Of a stretch of DNA of 64,000 nt, positions 27,735-35,476 are shown one piece after another (position 1 is the stretch's first letter; every line of letters begins with the position of its first letter). The stretch spans positions 62,001-126,000 of IMG/VR virus record IMGVR_UViG_3300021959_006010; one strand, given 5' to 3'. The notes under the pieces were generated by a model, which saw only the letters and a program-made list of their open reading frames with translations, had not been told where the DNA came from and did not search any database. Position numbers and translations under genes: made by a program.

Positions 27735-27749
27735 GACTCTATGTATATA

Positions 27750-28028
27750 TTACAATACAAACAACTGTACCAGTGCAATTGAATTCATAATTACAAACCA
27801 ACTACATAGCACAATAACAAACGCTGCTTTTCTAATAACTGCACTTATCACACCTAAAATACTTCCTACCAAATACATGGGAATAAAAATTTTAGTTGCA
27901 GGATCTAACACTGTAAATGTTAGAACAGCTGAGGCACATATTAATAATGTAGCCTCAGCCATTTCTGCATAAAAAGCAATTGGCGAAAAGTTATAACTAT
28001 CTTTTATAAATTGCCTTACTTTGTTCAC
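27750..28028 (-). CDS. small membrane protein (about 3 TM)
   Basis: 92 aa, hydrophobic. Confidence 0.7.
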   Translation of the reverse strand: MNKVRQFIKDSYNFSPIAFYAEMAEATLLICASAVLTFTVLDPATKIFIPMYLVGSILGVISAVIRKAAFVIVLCSWFVIMNSIALVQLFVL

Positions 28029-28285
28029 TTATCATAACCTAGTGTTGCAATAAGTGTTTCAAGATCCTCATGAGCATCAGCATGTGATTCCCAATCACGA
28101 TTTTTAGCAATTTTAATTGCTTTGTTAATTAGACTAGGCTTAACATCAAGTTCTTCTGCAACTGCCTTAACAGTATCTTTTAGTCCTGTCTGCAAATCTT
28201 CTACTTCTTGTAGTACAGTCACACCTTCACGTACTAGTCGTTCGAGTTTTGCTTTTTCTTCTGGTCCGTAGACTCGGTCACTCAT
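28025..28285 (-). CDS. T4 DsbA/GapR-like dsDNA-binding protein
   Basis: Helix pattern L..LV.E....L..VEDL...LKD.VK.VAEELDV....I.K.I.I.K. Confidence 0.55.
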   Translation of the reverse strand: MSDRVYGPEEKAKLERLVREGVTVLQEVEDLQTGLKDTVKAVAEELDVKPSLINKAIKIAKNRDWESHADAHEDLETLIATLGYDK

Positions 28286-28313
28286 ATAGATCTCCTATTG
28301 TTAGTTTAGTATA

Positions 28314-28342
28314 ATTATATGGTATATTTAGGTAATTGTCAA
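28314..28342 (-). promoter_or_regulatory. sigma70 promoter with nested CCTAAATA motif
   Basis: TTGACA-N17-TATAAT; spacer contains CCTAAATAT; heads the replication/modification operon. Confidence 0.8.
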
Positions 28343-28977
28343 GTAGAAAATACTTTTTTATTGTCAAAAGCACGTTCCCATCCAAAGAACTGTGCTTTAT
28401 AATCCGAATGATCGTCTGAACTTAGATTTTCCCATTCGTCCTTACGTTGGTATAAACGCATTGCACCGTCATACCAATCAGTGTCGTCTATAATTTTTTC
28501 TAGACGTTCTTTTGCAGCATAGGCAGATTCTACATTGTCAAAATCTTGTTCTATGTGTATCACTTCCATTACAATGTCGTGTGTAACAAAATCCAAACTA
28601 AAATCAATACCCCATTTGGGTTTAATGTTTAGCAATTTTTGAAGTATTGGGCGATTTTTGCATACTTCTTCTATTTGCTCTCTTGCTTCTCCGGCAAACG
28701 CATAACGAGTTAATAGCATACAGTGATCTAGTACAAGCCCGTGTTCGCTTTGTTCTACGTCCGTGTACCATTCTTGCACCGGAGCAATATGATATTGTAT
28801 TTCTCTGTTGAGTTTAACACCGTTTGCTTCGTAGTGCAAATGTTCTAAAGGAGTTGGAACCTCGTAACCGTCCTTGTCAAAATCTTTAAATGGAAGTGTT
28901 TCGACTTGTAGTCGTGCTATTGGTTTGCGAAGAAATGGATCTGGATCGAACTTAGGGTATAAGTTCTGAAGTATCAT
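28339..28977 (-). CDS. hypothetical protein
   Basis: 212 aa globular ORF. Confidence 0.75.
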   Translation of the reverse strand: MILQNLYPKFDPDPFLRKPIARLQVETLPFKDFDKDGYEVPTPLEHLHYEANGVKLNREIQYHIAPVQEWYTDVEQSEHGLVLDHCMLLTRYAFAGEAREQIEEVCKNRPILQKLLNIKPKWGIDFSLDFVTHDIVMEVIHIEQDFDNVESAYAAKERLEKIIDDTDWYDGAMRLYQRKDEWENLSSDDHSDYKAQFFGWERAFDNKKVFST

Positions 28978-30230
28978 CCGATCTCTTTTGCTCCCATACG
29001 ATCTAATGCCATATCAATTTGAACAGCTAATTTAAAATCATCCGTTGTAAGGCCTTTTGTATCGTGTGTGTATACAACAAGCTCTACTTCGTTATAAAAG
29101 AACTTGATATCTGCAAAATGATCTAATTCAATCTGTGGTTTTTCGATAACCATTAAGAAACGTAGTACAGTGTTGTAATCGTCAAACGCTACTTTCTTAT
29201 ATAGATATTTTCCTTTACGTATTTCCCAATCTTTAGCATATTCTTTACGTAACGCTTCGGCGTCCATGCCATCAACTTTGGTATATGACTCGCCCATTAT
29301 TTTACCTTTGTGTTTTTCTTTTCGTGGTAAAACTTTTTTCTTATCTTTGTGTGCGCCCATTGCACCACTTTTGCGTAAATCTTGCATAGTTTGTGCATTT
29401 GGATCACGTGGTTTAATTTTTGGCTTATCTTTGTATGCTTCTAGTGCTTTTAATAAACTATCTTTAATAGTTCCGGTTCCCTTGGCAGCATCTTTTAGTG
29501 TAAATGGTTTTCCATTTACATCTGTTATTTGTTGTCTGCTGATAGCAAAATTTGCTCCTTTTAGAGTGAGCTTTATCTGCGGTCTTCCTTTACCATCTTT
29601 TTGATTTACTAACAAACCTATTACAGGTGCAGTTCTTTTCTGTCCTGTTGAATTAGTATAGGTAACGTTATCTCCTTTTTTAAGAACATAACCGTTGTCA
29701 CTAACAGGCCAATCTTCTTTTGGTTGAGCGTCTGGAGTTACTTTATCTGCTTGAGGTTTTTCCTTAGGTTCTTTTTTAGGAGTTTTTTCTTTTTTATCAA
29801 AGCTCATAGGAGCCAATGCATCAATTTTATTATATTTGTCAAAGCCTTGTCTAAACGCATCACCTGCTGTTGGATTTTCTTCAAGATCGTTGTCTATACT
29901 ATCTCCAACAAGTTTATCTTTTAGAGGATGTTCTGTACGCCCAGGTTCCGCAGTTGGCCAAGGATCTGATCCTTTTGCTTGACCACTAGAACCTGTTTTT
30001 TGTCGTTCGTCTAATCTTACACCAGCAAGTGCTGCAAAATCTGTTATGGAATAATCTTTATCCAAGCCTAAACTACCTTCGGTCACTTCTGCACTTTCTT
30101 GTAGATAATTTGTTGTAGGTGCTACATTATCTATAGGCTGTCCAGCTTGCGCTTTTAATTTTGCAAGGTCTTCTCTAGGATCACTTGGATCCAATGCAAA
30201 TAGTTTTTGTTGTAGTGCGTGATAATCCAT
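28974..30230 (-). CDS. modular protein with C-terminal pterin-4a-carbinolamine dehydratase (PCD/PhhB) domain
   Basis: Last about 100 aa: W.....YLYKKVAFDDY, DHFADI, YTHDTKGLTTDDFKLA; N-terminal part low-complexity. Confidence 0.7.
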   Translation of the reverse strand: MDYHALQQKLFALDPSDPREDLAKLKAQAGQPIDNVAPTTNYLQESAEVTEGSLGLDKDYSITDFAALAGVRLDERQKTGSSGQAKGSDPWPTAEPGRTEHPLKDKLVGDSIDNDLEENPTAGDAFRQGFDKYNKIDALAPMSFDKKEKTPKKEPKEKPQADKVTPDAQPKEDWPVSDNGYVLKKGDNVTYTNSTGQKRTAPVIGLLVNQKDGKGRPQIKLTLKGANFAISRQQITDVNGKPFTLKDAAKGTGTIKDSLLKALEAYKDKPKIKPRDPNAQTMQDLRKSGAMGAHKDKKKVLPRKEKHKGKIMGESYTKVDGMDAEALRKEYAKDWEIRKGKYLYKKVAFDDYNTVLRFLMVIEKPQIELDHFADIKFFYNEVELVVYTHDTKGLTTDDFKLAVQIDMALDRMGAKEIG

Positions 30231-30861
30231 TATTCTTTAGCCATTTTAGTTGCTGTTGCGTACATTACTGCTTCTGCATCTTTGCCATAGCGTTTTTTAA
30301 AATCGCCTTTGGCTTTCTTCATACCTTTAACGTATTTCTCTTTTTTTTTGATTCGTCCTTAGTAAGTGTACGTTCTGCAAGTTTTGCAGCTAAAGAGCTT
30401 TTGTAATCGCTGTCTCTTAACTTCTTCTTACTTCTTTTACCTGATGCTTTTGCTGCGTGTATAGCTTTGCGTTGTGCAGCAGACTTGAACTTACCTTCGT
30501 TAACAGCATTGCAGTTACAGTGCTTACAAGTCGGCGGACATGTACAATCTTCTGCTTTAACATCAGATCCACAGCATTTGTCTGAACAATGTGTATCCTT
30601 TGCTTCTCCTAGTTCGCCTGTTGCTTGTTCGTAATCTAAACTATGATAGACACTTCCCATGTAATCTGCTGCTTTGGTAATTTTAGCTTGTTGCCAGCCT
30701 TCAATACCTTCTTCTTCAGAAACACCTTTTAGCATATCGTGTAGTTTGATAGCATACTTTGCAATCTTATATAGATCAGCACGAGCCATTTGCACTTCGT
30801 GGTCACGTTCTGCACGATCTGCAAGGTCACCTAAACCCTCTTTGATCTCATTTTCTTTCAT
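30230..30861 (-). CDS. modular putative head protein with Cys-rich domain, interrupted by a frameshift at an A9 run
   Basis: Frame 0 stops at 30319; the -1 frame continues KEKYVKGMKKAKGDFKKRYGKDAEAVMYATATKMAKE to a TAA overlapping the next ATG. Confidence 0.7.
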
Positions 30862-30882
30862 TGAAAAACTCCGTAATTCGCA

Positions 30883-31821
30883 TTATAGTGTATTTATCTT
30901 TTCCTTTGTACAAGTAATATCAAAATTACAATGACACCAATCCTTGTTACACAATATAGGCTCGTTTGGTAACTCTAATTTATCATCAAATATATTTCCG
31001 ATATTACCACCAACGCCGCACCAGCCTCTACTAATTTTACCGTCAAGGAATACAATAAGTTGTTCTATGCCAATATGACAATTCCATCCATTCCAGTTAT
31101 TCATTTTAGAATTAACTAGCTCGTTGGCTCCGTAATCAACATCTTTGTACGTCATTTTTCCTCTCAAATAAGGAAAACGTTTTGTTTTTATGACTTTATC
31201 TTTGATATTTTTTTGTTGATCTTTTATTAATTGATGCTGTTCGTCAGTATATGGATATAAGTCTCCACTTAAATCATATAACAACGGTTGCAACGATATT
31301 GTTAAATTACCTAAGTCTTTTATAGTATCTGCAACATCATAACAATAATCAAAATTCTTAGGATCCATCATAATATTTACATGGGTTCGAAGATCATTGT
31401 GCAGTATTTTAACTACATCTATAAAATGATCTTTGTTTGCATACTCATGATGGAAACTTAAATTAATTGAACTAAAATATTTTTTGTTAGCTTCCCACCA
31501 CCTTAATGATCTACTACCATTACTAATCAGTCCTACTTTAATATTGTTATCTGAACAAAGTTTACACAACTGATCAAAGTGTTTATAAAGCGTAATTTCT
31601 CCACCAGTAAATTCAAAGTAGAGCTTTTTATTAGGAAAAGATGTTTTTATTTTATTAACAAACCTTTCTACATAAGAAATGTCAGGCCACTTAGTTGATC
31701 CATCGTGTAAGATGTCAGGACAATAACTGCAATTAAAATTACAAGTGTTGCCTAAGCACCAATTTACGATAAACCAGTCTTTATGAGAAGGATCTGAATG
31801 TGTTAATGTTTGCATTAACAA
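30883..31821 (-). CDS. radical SAM protein with C-terminal SPASM/Twitch-like Cys cluster
   Basis: CNFNCSYC, FTGGE, ISNGSR, C.IG...GWC...C...C.C..D..C. Confidence 0.85.
   Translation of the reverse strand: MLMQTLTHSDPSHKDWFIVNWCLGNTCNFNCSYCPDILHDGSTKWPDISYVERFVNKIKTSFPNKKLYFEFTGGEITLYKHFDQLCKLCSDNNIKVGLISNGSRSLRWWEANKKYFSSINLSFHHEYANKDHFIDVVKILHNDLRTHVNIMMDPKNFDYCYDVADTIKDLGNLTISLQPLLYDLSGDLYPYTDEQHQLIKDQQKNIKDKVIKTKRFPYLRGKMTYKDVDYGANELVNSKMNNWNGWNCHIGIEQLIVFLDGKISRGWCGVGGNIGNIFDDKLELPNEPILCNKDWCHCNFDITCTKEKINTL
30891..30898 (-). promoter_or_regulatory. late promoter-like motif GATAAATA
   Basis: Recurrent motif, 30 nt upstream of the 30861 start. Confidence 0.5.
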
Positions 31822-31835
31822 TACTTATTTGTAGT

Positions 31836-32216
31836 TTATTTTTGACGTTTACTTTTGGATTTCTTTTTCTTAGTGCGTGTAACCATACCAGGTCCACCAT
31901 TGACAAAGCCGTTCCCACCACCCATACTAGAACCAATATCTCCAGCAACGGTTTCGTTTAGTCCTGCTTTATACCCGTCTTCATACTCGCTAGTGCGTGG
32001 ACCGTATGCATCACTAGCCTTAGGATCCATTTTACCTGTTTTACCATCAGCAAAACCTTTTTTCCAAATTGTGCTCTTATCAGCATGTGGATCATTTATA
32101 TCGTATGCTTTTCCTTTTGACTTTTGTACAGGCTTCGTTTTAGCAAACTTTGCTCTTAAATCAGCAGCAACGGATTTTTCCCAATCCCTACCTTCTAGTA
32201 AATCTCTAATTTTCAT
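31836..32216 (-). CDS. putative capsid-internal protein
   Basis: N-term MKIRDLLEG; internal LNET; basic tail. Confidence 0.6.
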   Translation of the reverse strand: MKIRDLLEGRDWEKSVAADLRAKFAKTKPVQKSKGKAYDINDPHADKSTIWKKGFADGKTGKMDPKASDAYGPRTSEYEDGYKAGLNETVAGDIGSSMGGGNGFVNGGPGMVTRTKKKKSKSKRQK

Positions 32217-32544
32217 CTGTTAATTTCCTTTGTTTATGGTGCGTACCAGACTTAACTCTACAAGTATTATTACATTCTCTAAAAGGTACATCAGACCAGG
32301 AGTTTTCGTATTCTTTAAAAATGCCTTTTTCTACTATTGTATTAACAGAAAACTTTGTTACATCATTAAAGTCGTTGTCAAACTTCTTTTCTTTAAAAAA
32401 TCTTTCTGTAAAACTACTATCTGTATTTAGTATTTGAGTTTCTTGATAGTCAAACGCTGACCAGCAACAATAAAACAATTTTTTATCTGCAGAAAGATAT
32501 ACACTATTTTCTTTTTTAGCAAAGCAATCTATTTTATCCGTCAT
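32206..32544 (-). CDS. stand-alone SPASM/Twitch-like Cys domain
   Basis: C......VYLSAD....CCW...ECNNTC; directly follows a radical SAM core. Confidence 0.6.
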   Translation of the reverse strand: MTDKIDCFAKKENSVYLSADKKLFYCCWSAFDYQETQILNTDSSFTERFFKEKKFDNDFNDVTKFSVNTIVEKGIFKEYENSWSDVPFRECNNTCRVKSGTHHKQRKLTDEN

Positions 32545-33187
32545 AATCTATAACCTTTGTAGCAGGATATATTGTATATAGTTTTTTATAATCTTTATCT
32601 AAAACATCTAAATGATCTTTCCAAAATCTGTTTGAAGATCTTGCTTTAAATTTTTTAAATCCTAATTCTTTTGCTAACATTTTACAGTCATCTACTTGGT
32701 GTTCATTATGGCGGAAAACATTCATAGTCCATATAGCAGTTCCGCCTTCGTTAATAAAACATTTAGCATTATTAATTATAACATCGAATCTAGTATTTCG
32801 TCTATATAAATGATGAGTGTCTTCTAGACCATCTATACCAAATTCAATTAAAACGTTATTAATTCCTAACCATTTCCAAAAATTAATATGTTGTGCTCCA
32901 CCGTTAGTATTAATGTGTACTTCTATATTTCTTTTTAAAAATTCGTTAATAAATTCTTTAGGATGAGTATGCTTAACTATGTCTCCATAATTTCCATTAA
33001 TTAAAACTTTTTTTAAGTTTTTGAAATACGGATCGTCAAGCGTCTTAGCTATGTCCTTTGCTGACCATTCAGTTATAGACAAACCTTCTTTTAAATTAGG
33101 ACTTGCTCCGCTGTGTCTCATACATTGGGGGCACCGAGCATTGCAATCAGTAGTCGGCTCAATGTGCAAACTTGTTGGTAAGGTCAT
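32534..33187 (-). CDS. radical SAM protein (core only)
   Basis: HIEPTTDCNARCPQC, GNYGD, INTNG, FGIDG; start re-called to MTLPTS. Confidence 0.85.
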   Translation of the reverse strand: MTLPTSLHIEPTTDCNARCPQCMRHSGASPNLKEGLSITEWSAKDIAKTLDDPYFKNLKKVLINGNYGDIVKHTHPKEFINEFLKRNIEVHINTNGGAQHINFWKWLGINNVLIEFGIDGLEDTHHLYRRNTRFDVIINNAKCFINEGGTAIWTMNVFRHNEHQVDDCKMLAKELGFKKFKARSSNRFWKDHLDVLDKDYKKLYTIYPATKVIDYDG

Positions 33188-33354
33188 TTTAAGTATTTTT
33201 GGTATGTTTTCCAATAATTCTGACGTTCATTTGTGCTTGCTCGTCGAGCTTCGTGTTCTTTTATTTTAGCAACATAATGACTTGTTTCTATGCCACTATT
33301 GTTCGGATATAGTTCTACTACTTTTTCTTCCGTCCCGACTTCATGTTTGCGCAC
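33184..33354 (-). CDS. small hypothetical protein (56 aa, GTG start, absent from track)
   Basis: Manual translation MRKHEVGTEEKVVELYPNNSG...NYWKTYQKYLK; stop overlaps the next ATG. Confidence 0.45.
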   Translation of the reverse strand: MRKHEVGTEEKVVELYPNNSGIETSHYVAKIKEHEARRASTNERQNYWKTYQKYLK

Positions 33355-34055
33355 CAATGATACATCCTCGCTTTCTCACCTGAGCTATTCTTGGCTCGTT
33401 TTCTTAAACTTGTAACACTACCATTGCAACTAGCACCTGCACGTTTTACACGCCCTGGTCTGCTTTTGCCTTTTTTCTTACCATCTGCAAAGTTTTCTAA
33501 CTGTGCAAATAAATCACTGCGTTTTTTAGTTGTTTCTTCTATACTATGTCCGCCCTCCATAAGAGCAAGTTCCATAGGAGTAAAACGTTCACTATAAGCT
33601 TTATCTGTTGCTGCTTTTGCCTTTTCAGCATCAGGATGCTTTGGATTAATAGTTACAACTTCGCCGTTGATTAATTCTGCTATATTTGCACTCTTACCTA
33701 TAGTATCTAACAATTGATGTAAGTCGTCATTAGGATCATAGTTACCGCTTTCGTAGCCTAGTTTGCCACGTACTTCTGTGCGATGCCCTGTTTCAGTATT
33801 TTTAATATGCAACACAAGCATTTTTTTATCTCTTTCTAGTTGTAACTTATAACCTTCAGTTAATCCTAGATTGAATAGTACGTTAGTTGACTTGCCTTTT
33901 ACCTTAGAACTTAGTGTAGGAGGCTTTCCGTCTTTGTCAACAGTGTTACCAAATTTTGCTGCTTGCTTTTTAATTTCGTTTGGTCCTACATCAGCTGTTG
34001 TATTAACACCTTTAACAATTCTTCCTACAGCTTCGTCTAGATCATAGATTTTCAT
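33318..34055 (-). CDS. modular putative capsid-internal protein
   Basis: N-term MKIYDLDEA; modules separated by LTEG and LMEG; basic C-terminal module with two Cys. Confidence 0.65.
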   Translation of the reverse strand: MKIYDLDEAVGRIVKGVNTTADVGPNEIKKQAAKFGNTVDKDGKPPTLSSKVKGKSTNVLFNLGLTEGYKLQLERDKKMLVLHIKNTETGHRTEVRGKLGYESGNYDPNDDLHQLLDTIGKSANIAELINGEVVTINPKHPDAEKAKAATDKAYSERFTPMELALMEGGHSIEETTKKRSDLFAQLENFADGKKKGKSRPGRVKRAGASCNGSVTSLRKRAKNSSGEKARMYHWCANMKSGRKKK

Positions 34056-34270
34056 TTTAGATCGTCCCTAAACTCTTCTACGTAGTAATCCATAGGTGTG
34101 TCTGATTTAAGTTCGAACCACTCTCCGTCTGCGTTTGTTCCGCTCAGTAACTTGGGTGTTTTCTTTTTAAAATCTTTTACAATAATACGACGATCCTTGC
34201 CACGATGTGTTACTTCTAACACGTACCAAGGGTTCCAACTTCTCCATATTCTTTTAAAAAACATTCTCAT
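34052..34270 (-). CDS. hypothetical protein
   Basis: 72 aa; ATGA coupling. Confidence 0.7.
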   Translation of the reverse strand: MRMFFKRIWRSWNPWYVLEVTHRGKDRRIIVKDFKKKTPKLLSGTNADGEWFELKSDTPMDYYVEEFRDDLK

Positions 34271-34389
34271 TTTTTATCTTCTTTACAGTTACATTTAGTA
34301 CATACGTCATTTACACATTTAGGACAATCTGGAGAATAACAATGACAATCGTGTCCACATGTTTTGCATTCTCTTTTTGATCCTATCAT
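34267..34389 (-). CDS. metallothionein-like Cys-rich peptide (40 aa, absent from track)
   Basis: MIGSKRECKTCGHDCHCYSPDCPKCVNDVCTKCNCKEDKK; 9 Cys, 2 His; ATGA overlap at both ends. Confidence 0.75.
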   Translation of the reverse strand: MIGSKRECKTCGHDCHCYSPDCPKCVNDVCTKCNCKEDKK

Positions 34390-34604
34390 TTTTTACGCCC
34401 TCGAAATCCATTGTTACCTGTTAGTCCTGGTAAACTGAACCATAGTTTAAACCACTCATCTGTACCAGGTTGTATATTTTTCTCACGTTCGATTTTCTTT
34501 TTTTCAGTACCTGATATTGATAAATTTTCTTCTACTTGGTATAACTTGTAACCTGTGTACTTGTTACGTATACCTGCTAAGTGTTGGAGATCTTCGATTT
34601 CCAT
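34386..34604 (-). CDS. hypothetical protein
   Basis: 72 aa; MEIEDLQHLAGI. Confidence 0.7.
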   Translation of the reverse strand: MEIEDLQHLAGIRNKYTGYKLYQVEENLSISGTEKKKIEREKNIQPGTDEWFKLWFSLPGLTGNNGFRGRKK

Positions 34605-35473
34605 GCGTCTTTATCTCCTTTAGCTGCTGCTTTGCGTCTTGCTGCAATCTTGTCTTGTATGCTAGGTTCAAACTTTTCTTTTTTCTTTTTAACTGTAGCT
34701 TTCTTAGAAGATTTACCAGCAGCATATCCCCAAATTTCATCTACTTCTTTTTTCTTCTTTTTCTTTTCGTCTGAACTATGACCAAATGTTTTATGTACAA
34801 GTTTGTCTAGTTTTCTGTGGAATTCATCTTCTTCGTCTGGTGACGCATCTTCGCCGACTGGTGCTTCAGGATCACCTAGTGCTTGATTTAACAATTTTAC
34901 AGCAACAGGAGCACCATTACCGTACATAAGTTTAGCAGCCTTTAGTTTATCTTCGTCTGACATTTCAGGCCAAGTAGCTCTTAGCTCACTTGCACTTTTA
35001 ATCTGCATACCTGAAAAGTCAAAGTTAATAGTAGGACCATATGCCATATAGCCCATTTCATCTGCTGTGTTTAGATCTTTACCTGTGTAACTACGCAAGT
35101 ATCCTGGCTCGCCATTCTTTTTAGTTTGATCTGGAAGCGGCTGTTCAGCTTTATCCTTCTGGCTTCGAACAAATACTAGTGCTGTGTCTCCGTCTAATAG
35201 ATCTGCGTACTCTCTGTTGTTAAAAGGTGACTTAACCTGCATAAAGTTACTTTCAGGAACACCTGCCATTGCTGCTAGTTTCTTTTTAACTTCAAACGGA
35301 AACGGTCTTGCTTTAGTATCGTTAGTTGCTGCAACATAAACATTCTTTTGACCGAATGTTTTTACTGCCCAGTCATATAAACTTTTATGTCCAGGATGGA
35401 ATGGATGGAAACCGCCTGGCATTACAGCTACAATACGTCTTGCTTTCCCTTCAAATAACTCTCTTAATAACAT
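34577..35473 (-). CDS. HxGH nucleotidyltransferase (cytidylyltransferase-like) with capsid-targeting-like N-terminus
   Basis: MLLRELFEG; PGGFHPFHPGH; RPFPFEVK; SASELR. Confidence 0.78.
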   Translation of the reverse strand: MLLRELFEGKARRIVAVMPGGFHPFHPGHKSLYDWAVKTFGQKNVYVAATNDTKARPFPFEVKKKLAAMAGVPESNFMQVKSPFNNREYADLLDGDTALVFVRSQKDKAEQPLPDQTKKNGEPGYLRSYTGKDLNTADEMGYMAYGPTINFDFSGMQIKSASELRATWPEMSDEDKLKAAKLMYGNGAPVAVKLLNQALGDPEAPVGEDASPDEEDEFHRKLDKLVHKTFGHSSDEKKKKKKEVDEIWGYAAGKSSKKATVKKKKEKFEPSIQDKIAARRKAAAKGDKDAWKSKISNT

Positions 35474-35476
35474 AAC

